This document shows positions 20,306 through 29,606 of a DNA stretch of 64,000 nucleotides, one piece after another. The stretch spans positions 1,280,001 to 1,344,000 of the forward strand of contig CAXXDV010000001.1 of the NCBI GenBank assembly GCA_963674745.2, in the 5' to 3' direction. The DNA comes from Desulfosudaceae bacterium (GTDB lineage: Bacteria > Desulfobacterota > Desulfobacteria > Desulfobacterales > Desulfosudaceae). The position numbers and the translations under genes are program-made. Within the stretch, counting starts at the first letter, position 1; the number at the start of each line of letters is the position of its first letter. The notes under the pieces are model-generated. The model searched no databases and was not told the origin of the DNA. It was given only the letters and a program-made list of their open reading frames with translations.

Positions 20306-21667
20306 CTACCTTCTTCCCTGGCGTCTCAACGCGGCCGGGGTAAAGTCTTCCTTGGATAATTCAATGTCAAACTCCGGCACCGAGCTTTCATTCATCAGGC
20401 CCAGGGCGAGATACCGGCCGGATTGAAGATCGCCATGCACCTCCAGGGTGGTCCACAGGTTGGGTATGCTATAATAGTTCATTGCATGGCCTTCGTCATA
20501 CCGCCAGAGCTGATCACGGTTGTCATAGATATCGGCCAAAAGAATCTGCCAGGAGTCTTCATCCACGTAAAACGTGCGGCGTTTATAAAGATGGCGGCTG
20601 CCTTCCTTTAGCGTGGCCTCTACAACCCAGACCCGGTGAAGTTCATAGCGGCAGACATCCGGATTGAGATGCAGGGGGGTCAGGATGTCTTCGTATTTCA
20701 GCTTGTCACTGTGAAGCCTGTACTCATTATAGGGCACGTAAAGTTCTTTTTTGCCCACCAGCTTCCAGTCATAGCGGTCGGTTGCGCCGGAAAACATATC
20801 AAACTGATCCGTCGTACGCACGCCGTCAGCCGCCGTTCCCGGATTATCATAAGCCACGTTGGGCGCCCTGCGGACCCGCCGCTGACCCGGGTTGTAAATC
20901 CAGGCCGAACGGGGTTCGACAACCTGGTTCATGGTTTCATGGACCAGCAGGATGCCGCCGGCCAGCCGGGCCGGCGCCACGACTTCCTGCTTAAAGTACG
21001 CCACGACATTACCCACAGTTTCCGGCGTCGCGCCTTCATGGGCGTAAAGCATGTCCCACGAATCTTCCATTTTAACCAGGGTGTAATCACCGCTTCGGGT
21101 CAATACGGCCTGGGCAATGGAGCGTGCGGCGGTTACACAGCGATAGCGCAGGATGTGGTTCCAGATGACCTCCAGACCGTTTTTGGGAATCGGGAACGGG
21201 GTACCGATAGCCGAATTTTTCACGCCGTAACCGTTTTCCACCAGCTCAGCCGTGGCGGCCGCTTTTTTGGTCGCTTCGTAAATCCGTTCCGGAAAGGCAG
21301 CGGTGCGGCGGGTCTGATATACGTTCATCTTAAAAGTGTCATATGTTTCCAGCATGGCCTTTTGGGCGGCCGACAGCTTATCGGCATACTGGTTCATATT
21401 GTCCTTGGTGATGGTAAACAGGGCTTTATCGTCGGGAAACGGGTCGATGTAATGCATGCCGGGTTGGTAACCCGCCGGCGGTGTGGTGATCCCGCCGGTC
21501 CAGGCCGGAATGGTGCCGTCGGCGTTGCCGGCCCTTTCACCACCCATGGGCGTCAGGTCCTTGTCCAGGCGGGCGATTTCCTCAGGTGACATCTTGGCGC
21601 CGGCCGATGAGGCGACAACAGCCAGCAGCATTGCAAGACTGATACATAAGAGCTTTTTTTTCAACAT
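20306..21667 (-). CDS. DUF1329 periplasmic (LolA-like) protein
   Basis: Signal peptide; LTPMGGERAGNADGTIPAWTGG, YNPGQRRVRRAP, RYELHRVWVVEATLK, KRRTFYVDEDSW. Confidence 0.92.
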   Translation of the reverse strand: MLKKKLLCISLAMLLAVVASSAGAKMSPEEIARLDKDLTPMGGERAGNADGTIPAWTGGITTPPAGYQPGMHYIDPFPDDKALFTITKDNMNQYADKLSAAQKAMLETYDTFKMNVYQTRRTAAFPERIYEATKKAAATAELVENGYGVKNSAIGTPFPIPKNGLEVIWNHILRYRCVTAARSIAQAVLTRSGDYTLVKMEDSWDMLYAHEGATPETVGNVVAYFKQEVVAPARLAGGILLVHETMNQVVEPRSAWIYNPGQRRVRRAPNVAYDNPGTAADGVRTTDQFDMFSGATDRYDWKLVGKKELYVPYNEYRLHSDKLKYEDILTPLHLNPDVCRYELHRVWVVEATLKEGSRHLYKRRTFYVDEDSWQILLADIYDNRDQLWRYDEGHAMNYYSIPNLWTTLEVHGDLQSGRYLALGLMNESSVPEFDIELSKEDFTPAALRRQGRR

Positions 21668-21684
21668 AATCAATCTCCCATTAT

Positions 21685-23598
21685 TTAGAATGAATATTTG
21701 ATGTTGGCTTGTACAAAGTCACGATCATTGATCAGGTTGTACCGGCCCGCGCCGAAGTAGTTCGTATAACTGACATCAACCGACCAGGCGCTTAAATACG
21801 TTGCTGTTACACCAAAGGTAACGGCCTTGCGGTTTTCAAGGAAATTTCCCCCCGGACCCGGAGTGTTTCCGTCTACGTCATGTTGCCAGACAAGGCGGGG
21901 TGAAAGACCGATGGCGCCGATAGCATCTTCGTATGTCAGTTTGGTCAGCAACCGGTATCCCCAGGAATTGGCGTCCGCAAAATGTCGTGAAGTTTCAGAT
22001 GCTTTTCCGGCATGGGCGCCGCCGAACGGTTTGGTCGGATCCATACCCGGCAAAACCGCCTGGGACGGGTTGCCGGTGGTATAAGAACCGGCAGACTCAA
22101 GGCGCAACTCACTTTTGCTCGGCATATCATCGACATAGGTATATCCGACTTCACAGAGCATGGTCAGGTTGTCGGCGCCGAAGGTCGGCCCGAAGACCTG
22201 GGTGGCGGTCATCGTTGCCGTCGTTACGTCTCTTTCGATATAACCGTGAATAATCTCATTGGGACCATAGGTTTCGTTAAAGTACTGGCTGACCTGGTTG
22301 TCTTTATAGGTCGGGTTGAACTCGATGGGTGACAGGTAGGCCAGGATCAATTCCACATCATCGATCTGCAGGGGAAGGTCAGGACGGTAGGCGACTTCCC
22401 CCTGGAGGGCGATGCCGGTGGCGCCCAGGGAGGTGTTGAAACTGAGGCCGTACATCTCGATATCTTCCGGATATTCGGTAAAGTAAAAACCGGTTTTGGA
22501 ATAATTGTTGACGCAAGCGCCGGCGGCTGCTGAAACGTCGCCACCCACCGCCGCAACGGTTTGCTGAAAGGCGGCTGCGGACGAACCGGCCACACCCGCT
22601 TCGGTTCCGGTCTGGGTGCTTAATATGGGCACCCGGCTGTGATAATTCATATAGTAAAAGCTGAATTCCGTATCATTCAGGGCTTCGGAAAAATAACGGA
22701 ACGCGAGACCATACTGACCGTCGTCATCAGCCTTTGCGTCCGGCCCGCGTTTAACCATCAGAAATTCCGGATCGAAACCCATTGGCCCCAGATCCGTTCC
22801 TTCGTCGGAAATCGAACCAAAAGCCAGTACCACATATTTCCCCCCTTCACCGGCCGCGTCCGAGGTGGAAAAATAGGATCCCGGGGGATCAACATCGGTA
22901 TTGTCCCAGTCATACAGGTACAACGCTTCCAGGGTTGTGCTGTCAGTAAGACCGAATGAACCGTAGACCATGCCTTCAGGAACCAGCGCTTCTTTTAATT
23001 CGGCACCGGGTACCCGGATAGCGCTGACATTTATGGGGTTGATGGTGTTGATACCGCCCTGGAAAAAAGTGCCTTCCCCCCAGCTGACGACCTGATCACC
23101 AACGCGGAGATCAATGGGCATGCCGAAAACGTCAAAAGACCCGGAAAGATAGGCGTCAAGTACTCTGGCATCGCTTCCCACCAGCTCCAGGGCGTCATCA
23201 GACAGTTCCATTTTGTCCATGTGGCGGTTTTCGACTTCAAAATCATAAAAAGCCGTGCCCCGGACAAAGGCGCCCAGATTTTTATACGTCAGAAGCAAAT
23301 CGGACGTTATTTTTGGCGCGTTTCCGACAAGGCCTTCGCCGAAGTTCAGGTTTCCATTATCGCCGTTTACAGAGAACGCGTTACCGCCGTTCATCAGGCC
23401 GATAATGTCCTGGTCCCGGTCCTGTACGCGCCATTTCAAGCCATAGGAGAGTGTCGTGTCAAAACTACCCTGGATTTCTCCCATTTCAAACATTAAAGCA
23501 TGGGCCGGTTTAACGAAACCGGGAATTAAAATTGTCGAAAATAAAAATACCCCCCCCGACAACAACCAGACAAAAAGATGTAATGGTTTGATTTTCAT
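21685..23598 (-). CDS. DUF1302 outer-membrane beta-barrel protein
   Basis: SFDTTLSYG..R, NGDNGNLNF, RVGDQVVSWGE, C-terminal DRDFVQANIKYSF. Confidence 0.92.
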   Translation of the reverse strand: MKIKPLHLFVWLLSGGVFLFSTILIPGFVKPAHALMFEMGEIQGSFDTTLSYGLKWRVQDRDQDIIGLMNGGNAFSVNGDNGNLNFGEGLVGNAPKITSDLLLTYKNLGAFVRGTAFYDFEVENRHMDKMELSDDALELVGSDARVLDAYLSGSFDVFGMPIDLRVGDQVVSWGEGTFFQGGINTINPINVSAIRVPGAELKEALVPEGMVYGSFGLTDSTTLEALYLYDWDNTDVDPPGSYFSTSDAAGEGGKYVVLAFGSISDEGTDLGPMGFDPEFLMVKRGPDAKADDDGQYGLAFRYFSEALNDTEFSFYYMNYHSRVPILSTQTGTEAGVAGSSAAAFQQTVAAVGGDVSAAAGACVNNYSKTGFYFTEYPEDIEMYGLSFNTSLGATGIALQGEVAYRPDLPLQIDDVELILAYLSPIEFNPTYKDNQVSQYFNETYGPNEIIHGYIERDVTTATMTATQVFGPTFGADNLTMLCEVGYTYVDDMPSKSELRLESAGSYTTGNPSQAVLPGMDPTKPFGGAHAGKASETSRHFADANSWGYRLLTKLTYEDAIGAIGLSPRLVWQHDVDGNTPGPGGNFLENRKAVTFGVTATYLSAWSVDVSYTNYFGAGRYNLINDRDFVQANIKYSF

Positions 23599-23697
23599 AA
23601 GCCCTCCCCGCGAAAGAGTTAATTAAGAATGATACATTGATAGGAATACGGTTGACATTCTTTAACCACCAGAAACACGGTTAATTTTGTAGAACAA

Positions 23698-23726
23698 AGT
23701 TTAGCAAAAGAAAAAGGCGGTGTCAA
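23698..23726 (-). promoter_or_regulatory. sigma70 promoter for the DUF1302 uptake operon
   Basis: Minus strand TTGACA-17 bp-TAAACT with extended -10 TG. Confidence 0.7.
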
Positions 23727-23758
23727 TGCTTTTGCGGGCAGGGTTTTACGAAAAAGCG

Positions 23759-24565
23759 TTATCCGTTTCCGGACACCTGCTTTCCGGCTTCGGCCGCCGC
23801 ACCCAGGGCGCCCATCAGTTGCGGGTCAACTGAAAGGGGTTCGAGCTCCATTCGCAGCATTCGGGCCAGGTGGGTGGTCAGGCCGCGGCTCTTGGAGCAG
23901 CCGCCGGTAACCGTCACTTTCGGCTGGATGCCGACGCGTTTTAACAGCGTGAAGCTGCGTTTGGCGATGGAGGCCTGAATACCGGCGGCAATGTCGGCGG
24001 CCGGTTTTTTCTTGCTCAGCAGGCTGATAACTTCTGTTTCGGCAAATACGCTGCATTGAGACGTAATGGGAATGACCGATTTGGCCTGCATGGAGAGCTC
24101 GGAAAACTGGTCCAGATCCATTTTGAAGATGCGACTCATCATTTCCAGAAATCGTCCGGTGCCGGCCGCACACTTATCGTTCATGACAAATTCCCGAACC
24201 CGGCCCTGATCGTTCAAGGCGATGGCTTTGACGTCCTGTCCGCCGATATCGAGAACAGTGCGGACCCCCGGGTTGCAGAAATAAACACCCGAAGCGTGGC
24301 AGGTGATTTCGGAGATGTTGTCATGGGCAAAGGGCACCTCGTTTCGACCGTAGCCGGTTCCGATCAGGCGGGTAAGGCTGCTTATTCCGTTCAGCCCTTC
24401 CACCTGCCTGCCGGCCAGCGCCAGCACTTTGGTGGCGGTCTCTTCAGGATCGATTTCACTGGGGATAATGGCCGTGCCGACAATAGCGTTGTCTTTTAAA
24501 ATGACGGCTTTGCCGGTGGTGGATCCGACATCACAACCGCCGAAAAAAAGTGCTTCCGTACCCAT
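23759..24565 (-). CDS. Acyl-CoA dehydratase/reductase activase (BadF/BadG/BcrA/BcrD ASKHA ATPase, 4Fe-4S)
   Basis: GCDVGSTTGK, SEITCH, DIGGQD, MNDKCAAGTGRFLE, ITSQCSVFAE. Confidence 0.92.
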   Translation of the reverse strand: MGTEALFFGGCDVGSTTGKAVILKDNAIVGTAIIPSEIDPEETATKVLALAGRQVEGLNGISSLTRLIGTGYGRNEVPFAHDNISEITCHASGVYFCNPGVRTVLDIGGQDVKAIALNDQGRVREFVMNDKCAAGTGRFLEMMSRIFKMDLDQFSELSMQAKSVIPITSQCSVFAETEVISLLSKKKPAADIAAGIQASIAKRSFTLLKRVGIQPKVTVTGGCSKSRGLTTHLARMLRMELEPLSVDPQLMGALGAAAEAGKQVSGNG

Positions 24566-24579
24566 AAGAAGTTTCTCCG

Positions 24580-25983
24580 TTATACATCCAGGCGTTTCGC
24601 ATGCATGATGTTTTCCATAAAGTGATTGACCTGTTCGATAATGCCTTCCCTGGAAACGATTCTGGGGTCGCTTAAGTCATAATTGATAATCAGCATGGGC
24701 AGGTTGTGCTCCCGGCATTTTTCCCGCAATATACCGTTTAAGGCGGCGGTGTTTTTACAGCCCACATGTCCGGCCACCCAGAGCATATCAAGGTCAAACT
24801 GTTTGATCATGTTAAAAATATCGTCCAGATAGTTTTCCGCCGGTCCCCGGGTGTGGCGGGCCATGGGGCCTTCCATGATGTTCAGGCCCAGGCCGTACAA
24901 CAGGGATTCCTCGGTTGAAGTGTCAATAAAAGGCTCCCGGCGGTTATAGGACATGCTGTCGATAATCAGCGAAACACCGTAAGCGGATTCCGCCCAATTA
25001 AAAAGGTCAATGGCGTGCAGCAGTGGCGGGTTCCACAGCAGGGCCCGGTATTTTTCATTGGTCACGGCACCGGTCCCGGTCCGCAGGTTTTTTTCGGCCA
25101 GGTCCCGGAGGCGCTTGAACAACAAGGTCGTTTCCGGTTCACCAGGGGAAACGTTGGCGCCCCAGAGGTGACTCAAATAAACCGGTTCCGCGGCCAGAGG
25201 TGCCGGTCGGGTCTTGAGCATATCCCACAGCTCCAGTTCATATTCAACCATGCGGTTGCGTTCTTCGCAGATCCGCGCCAGTTTGTCCCAGTCCATTTTT
25301 CCCGGCGTGTTGTCTTCAAGCCACTTGATCAGGCGCCGGAGTTCTCCCACGAAAAAAGCGCGCGTCCGGTCATTATAAAAATGGTGCGGAATGTCCAGTC
25401 GGAAAGTCGGCAGTTTTAACGTTCTTTCGATCAACGTGTAGGAGGACATACCACCGTCACAAGGCAGGTTTGAAGAAATCAGGGCCAGGGCCGGCGGTAT
25501 TTCTCCGGCCAGAAAAAATCCCATGGTGCTTTTGGGCAGGCTGCAGACGTCCGGGGGTATACCGTAATTTTCCGCTTGATCAATATACTGTTCCACGGCA
25601 TGCGGATCGATCATGGGCAGAGCAATGCCCAGTAGTTCAGCCATGAATGGTGTAAGGCCCATGGCCCTGAAAAGTTCAGGCGGGACCATGTCTTCGTGGA
25701 CAATCAGCCGGTCGCCGCGCAGAAACATGTCATCCAGAACCCGGACAAAACCGTTGATAACAAATGAAATAACCACCAGCGTGGCTTCATAATAAGCGTC
25801 GTTACGGTTTTGACCAAATTTTTGGTTGAGCAGGTTGGCACGTAACAGCACTTTCATCCAGGGGTACCGCTTAAGATCACGCAGTGTTTTGAGGGGGCCG
25901 TTGCGCAGGGCCATACCAGCAATGGCCGACAGGTTGGCGGCGACGTGTTTGGTATATAACGCCCGGCGGGTGATTTGATTCAT
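24580..25983 (-). CDS. 2-hydroxyacyl-CoA dehydratase / benzoyl-CoA reductase family subunit (alpha, HgdA/BcrB-like)
   Basis: Cys ligands DVCSLPKS, LPCDGG, HVGCKN; LEDNTPGKMDWDKL. Confidence 0.88.
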   Translation of the reverse strand: MNQITRRALYTKHVAANLSAIAGMALRNGPLKTLRDLKRYPWMKVLLRANLLNQKFGQNRNDAYYEATLVVISFVINGFVRVLDDMFLRGDRLIVHEDMVPPELFRAMGLTPFMAELLGIALPMIDPHAVEQYIDQAENYGIPPDVCSLPKSTMGFFLAGEIPPALALISSNLPCDGGMSSYTLIERTLKLPTFRLDIPHHFYNDRTRAFFVGELRRLIKWLEDNTPGKMDWDKLARICEERNRMVEYELELWDMLKTRPAPLAAEPVYLSHLWGANVSPGEPETTLLFKRLRDLAEKNLRTGTGAVTNEKYRALLWNPPLLHAIDLFNWAESAYGVSLIIDSMSYNRREPFIDTSTEESLLYGLGLNIMEGPMARHTRGPAENYLDDIFNMIKQFDLDMLWVAGHVGCKNTAALNGILREKCREHNLPMLIINYDLSDPRIVSREGIIEQVNHFMENIMHAKRLDV

Positions 25984-25986
25984 TTT

Positions 25987-27105
25987 TTATTTTCCCATGC
26001 TTTCAAGAAAAGCCTGCACCCGGGTCTGAAGTTGCCCCAGGCCGGTGCCGCTGTATTCCCGTTCCAGGACGAGTACCCGGAAGCCGGCCTTTCGCAAGGC
26101 TTCTATCAGAGAAGCCGATTCCACGCCCCAGGTGTCGCAGAATTTGATAAATTCGATGATAATGCCGTCCACCCGGAAGTCTTCGGCCGCGGCGACGATC
26201 TGTTTCAGTCGCTTGTCAAAATCTTCCATCATGCGCGGGCAGGACGGCACCGACAGGGTGTGTTCGGCGATTGCCGTCAGCGGGTCGCCTTCCAGCCGGA
26301 TTTGGTCCAGTCCGGGAATGGAGCCGGTGCAGATACGGTCCGCGACCACCAGGGCGCCGGTGGATTCGATGGCTTCAATATACCGGGGATCATCCAGCTG
26401 TCCGCCGACGATCATCAGCCGGGCGCGATGGTTTCCGGTTTCCCTGCCTTCTTTTAGCTGGTCGCGAAAGTCTTCAATAGGCTTGCGGATCAAATGACGG
26501 GGCGTTGTAAAAGCGGCCATCAACAACCGATGAAAGTCGGTTCCTGATAACGGCGGGCGTTCTTTTTTTCTTTGTTCCGATATGGATTGCAACAGGGCCA
26601 GAAAATGGTTTTCTTCTTTTACAGCGTTTATCAAGGCCTCATCCGTAACGGAAATCTGAAAATGGGACGCCAGGTGCGCTATCAGTTCTTTCAACTCGTC
26701 AACGTACCAGGCCAGCCCCTCTTTTCCGGTCCGGTGGGGCACATCAAGAATATGGGAAAAATCCAGAGGCATGAGGTGGCTGATGTTGTCATGCAGGCGT
26801 CGCAGGTGATCGCAACTGGCTGTGTGTACCCATCCGCCCAGAAAGTCATAACGGGAATCCATGGCAAACTCAAGCAGGCTGCGGGTGTAGGAACAGGTCA
26901 GCTTGGAAAGATAAATATCGGCCAGTTCTGTATCCCCCACGCCCGGTGCCCGCATTCGTAAGGGAAACAGAGGGGGGATTGAAAGCAGTACCCGTGGCAC
27001 ATAGCTGCAGGTGTAACCAATAGGAATACCGCCCTGGTCGATGGCGTTTTGCACCAGCAGGTTGACAGGGTCTTCCAGGTATTGATCGAACAGGCTTGTC
27101 TTCAT
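25987..27105 (-). CDS. 2-hydroxyacyl-CoA dehydratase / benzoyl-CoA reductase family subunit (beta, HgdB/BcrC-like)
   Basis: GYTCSYVP, TCSYTRS, SCDHLRR, SCPRM, KFCDTWG, GQLQTRVQAFLE. Confidence 0.9.
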   Translation of the reverse strand: MKTSLFDQYLEDPVNLLVQNAIDQGGIPIGYTCSYVPRVLLSIPPLFPLRMRAPGVGDTELADIYLSKLTCSYTRSLLEFAMDSRYDFLGGWVHTASCDHLRRLHDNISHLMPLDFSHILDVPHRTGKEGLAWYVDELKELIAHLASHFQISVTDEALINAVKEENHFLALLQSISEQRKKERPPLSGTDFHRLLMAAFTTPRHLIRKPIEDFRDQLKEGRETGNHRARLMIVGGQLDDPRYIEAIESTGALVVADRICTGSIPGLDQIRLEGDPLTAIAEHTLSVPSCPRMMEDFDKRLKQIVAAAEDFRVDGIIIEFIKFCDTWGVESASLIEALRKAGFRVLVLEREYSGTGLGQLQTRVQAFLESMGK

Positions 27106-27115
27106 CCGCCGGCAA

Positions 27116-27856
27116 TCATTCTTTTGTTTTTGATTTTTCTTTCATGGCCTGGCGCATGTTACGCAGTTCGGACACCTCGTCGCAGACCGGGCTGTACTCG
27201 CAGGAATCACAATCAAAGTCCATTTCTTCAACCATTTTGTTCATGGCCCCGATAATCTCTCCCACATCGTCACCGATGGTTTTTAAGGCCAGAACATCCT
27301 CAACTGTCGATGTGACAAAAACGATTTCAACCCCATGAATATATGGTTTTTCTATTAATTCAACCATCAGGGCGCTTCCCAGCAGGGACAGGGAAAAACC
27401 GTCGGCGACCGCGGTTTTGCTGATTCTGCTCCATTCCCGCTGGTACTGTGAAACCGCCCGCATCATGTAACCGGCCAGGCTGATGTCGTATTTGGCCAGT
27501 TCCATTTCCCGGTAACGGTCATAACTGTTCTCTTCGTCAAAACCGCAGACTTCCACCATGACGACTTTGCCGAAAGGCACCAGCGGGCGGGTTTCCCGGT
27601 GAATATCCGGGCCGATCAGAGAGATGCGGCCGTGATGAACGGCGTTGGGGCGATCGGTCCAGAACAGAAACGACGTGGCCGCAGTTTTGGGGCTGCCCAA
27701 CTCTACGGCGGTGTCCGTTGACAGAACCAGGTTGCTGTTTCCCCCGGACGGCCAGCCTGGATCGGTTGCGGCAGTGAACGTTGAAAAGTCGTTTTTTCCG
27801 GTTCTGTCGGCCAGAAAATGTCTGATGCGTTCGAGGTGTGTGTCAAACAGAGCCAT
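27116..27856 (-). CDS. Stand-alone protein resembling the middle domain of acetyl-CoA synthase beta subunit (AcsB/CdhC), with C-terminal CxxCx5C
   Basis: GRISLIGPDI...PFGKVV and WSRISKTAVADGF resemble the ACS segments GK(I/V)EVIGPDI...PLGI and WLRISK.A..KGF as I recall them; tail DCDSCEYSPVCDEV. Confidence 0.72.
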   Translation of the reverse strand: MALFDTHLERIRHFLADRTGKNDFSTFTAATDPGWPSGGNSNLVLSTDTAVELGSPKTAATSFLFWTDRPNAVHHGRISLIGPDIHRETRPLVPFGKVVMVEVCGFDEENSYDRYREMELAKYDISLAGYMMRAVSQYQREWSRISKTAVADGFSLSLLGSALMVELIEKPYIHGVEIVFVTSTVEDVLALKTIGDDVGEIIGAMNKMVEEMDFDCDSCEYSPVCDEVSELRNMRQAMKEKSKTKE

Positions 27857-27865
27857 TTGTTGCCT

Positions 27866-28648
27866 TTATTTTTGGTCGAGCATTTCCGCAGCGAACAGGG
27901 CCGCACCCAGGGCGCCATTGATCTGCGGATCAACGGGCAGTGTTTTGACCGGGACGCCCAGCCCGTCGGAAAGGGCATTGAACATGCCGCTGTTTTTGGC
28001 CACCCCGCCGGTCATGACCACATCCTCATGAACCTCGATGCTCTTGGCCAGGGAGGCGACCCGGTTGGCCATGGCATGATGCAGGCCGCAGATAATGCTA
28101 CGCACATCGCGGCCCTCGTTGATCAGCGATACAACTTCGGTTTCGGCAAAAATGACGCACTGGTTGGATATTCTGATTTTTTCATTTGCTTGAGCTGAAA
28201 GTTCACCCATGTCGGCCAGATCGACTTCCAGGGCTTTGGCCATGACTTCGAGAAAGCGGCCGGTGCCGGCCGCACATTTGTCATTGTATATATAACGGGC
28301 CACGTTGCCTTTATCATCAATTCTTATGGCTTTGGCGTCCTGACCGCCGATATCGACAATGGTGCGTACCGAGGGCAAATTCCACCAGGCGCCTTTGGCA
28401 TGACAGGAAATTTCTGATTGCGTGGCGTCGGCAAAGGAAACCGCGTCTTTGCCATATCCCGTTCCGACAGTGATTTTTATATCAGAGAGGGAAATATCCG
28501 CGTTTTCCGCCGCCAGACGGATAACCGCATTGGCGGAATCTTCAGGCCTGGTCTTTACCCGGATTACTTCCTGACCGATTATTTTGTCGTCGTTCATGAT
28601 GACGGCCTTGGCAGTCAGCGAACCGATGTCACACCCTGCAGTAATCAT
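27866..28648 (-). CDS. Acyl-CoA dehydratase/reductase activase
   Basis: MITAGCDIGSLTAK, SEISCH, DIGGQD, NDKCAAGTGRFLE, ISNQCVIFAE; AAGGTG RBS before ATG 28648. Confidence 0.92.
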   Translation of the reverse strand: MITAGCDIGSLTAKAVIMNDDKIIGQEVIRVKTRPEDSANAVIRLAAENADISLSDIKITVGTGYGKDAVSFADATQSEISCHAKGAWWNLPSVRTIVDIGGQDAKAIRIDDKGNVARYIYNDKCAAGTGRFLEVMAKALEVDLADMGELSAQANEKIRISNQCVIFAETEVVSLINEGRDVRSIICGLHHAMANRVASLAKSIEVHEDVVMTGGVAKNSGMFNALSDGLGVPVKTLPVDPQINGALGAALFAAEMLDQK

Positions 28649-28659
28649 ATTTTCACCTT

Positions 28660-28826
28660 TATGGCGTCGTAAAAAGCCCAATTGCCGCGGGGCGGCCGGC
28701 TGCGTTGCGCTTCGTCTCTCGGAAGTTCACGTACTAATTTGTACGCTGCATTCCTCGAGATTCGCGACGCCTTGATCTTGAACTTTTTATTTTGCCATCC
28801 AAATTAAAACTGTTTTATGATTCCAT
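28660..28826. mobile_element. MITE-like intergenic repeat, copy 1
   Basis: ATGGCGTCGTAAAAAGCCCAATTGCCGC..GCTGCGTTGCGC..GTAC..GTACGCTGCATTCCTC..CTTGAACTTTTTATTTTGCCATCC is colinear with the copy at 42774-42950. Confidence 0.75.
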
Positions 28827-29606
28827 GTTTACGTTTTCGTTTGCGAATATGGCCGCCCCGATGGCACCGGCCAGCTGAGGATCGGCCCGCCGTATTTTCC
28901 GGATGCGGTACCCGAGAATTTTTTCCAGGGTGCTGACCACGCCGCTGTTTTTGGCCACGCCGCCGGTCATGCAGATTTCCTTTTCCACTTTGACGGTATT
29001 GGCCAGAATGGCCACCCGTTTGGCCATGGCGCTGTTGATGCCGGCGCCGATATCCTCAATCAAGTATCCGGAGTTCAAGTACTTGATGACGTCGGCCTGG
29101 GCCCAGACCGTACAGGTTGAGGCCAGCATGATCGGTGAGCGGGCCCGGGCGGACAGGTCGCCCAGTTCATCAATGCCGATATTTAGAACGTCGGCCATGA
29201 CTTCCAGAAAGCGGCCGGTGCCGGAGGCGCATTTGTCGTTGGTGATAAAGTTTTCAACAGCGCCGGCGTCATTCAGCTTGATGGCCTTGCAGTCCTGCCC
29301 GCCGATATCGATAACGGTTTTGACCGTCGGCACCATCCAGTGCGCGCCTTTCCCGTGGCAGGCGATTTCCGACCTGGCTTCACTGAGAAACGGGATCTTG
29401 TCCCGGCCGTAACCGGTTCCCACGACATACCCGATTCCGGACATGTCCACCCCGGCGTTTGCCAGGGCCTGGTCCATTGCTGCCTGGGCCGATTCCCCGG
29501 GTCTGGCCTTGGAACGGATAATGCTGGAGCCGACAATTTTTTTGCCTTTCATGATAACGGCTTTGGATGTCAGCGATCCGACATCGCAACCGGCGACAAG
29601 TTTCAT
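28815..29606 (-). CDS. Acyl-CoA dehydratase/reductase activase
   Basis: GCDVGSLTSK, SEIACH, DIGGQDCK, TNDKCASGTGRFLE, STCTVWAQ. Confidence 0.92.
   Translation of the reverse strand: MKLVAGCDVGSLTSKAVIMKGKKIVGSSIIRSKARPGESAQAAMDQALANAGVDMSGIGYVVGTGYGRDKIPFLSEARSEIACHGKGAHWMVPTVKTVIDIGGQDCKAIKLNDAGAVENFITNDKCASGTGRFLEVMADVLNIGIDELGDLSARARSPIMLASTCTVWAQADVIKYLNSGYLIEDIGAGINSAMAKRVAILANTVKVEKEICMTGGVAKNSGVVSTLEKILGYRIRKIRRADPQLAGAIGAAIFANENVNMES

Noticed and set aside
20636..21589. 317-aa plus-strand ORF, and similar long antisense ORFs (31530-32282, 42687-43418, 46342-47055, 50540-51331)
   Set aside because: They lie opposite well-supported genes and have no motifs. Such shadow ORFs are expected in GC-rich coding DNA.
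27116..27856. Calling this a functional CODH/acetyl-CoA synthase
   Set aside because: It is far too short, lacks the A-cluster domain, and has no Wood-Ljungdahl genes nearby.
28649..28681. Extended N-terminus (MGFLRRHKGEN) of the activase in the ORF track
   Set aside because: It derives from the MITE-like repeat end. The ATG at 28648 has an RBS and matches the family start MITAG.
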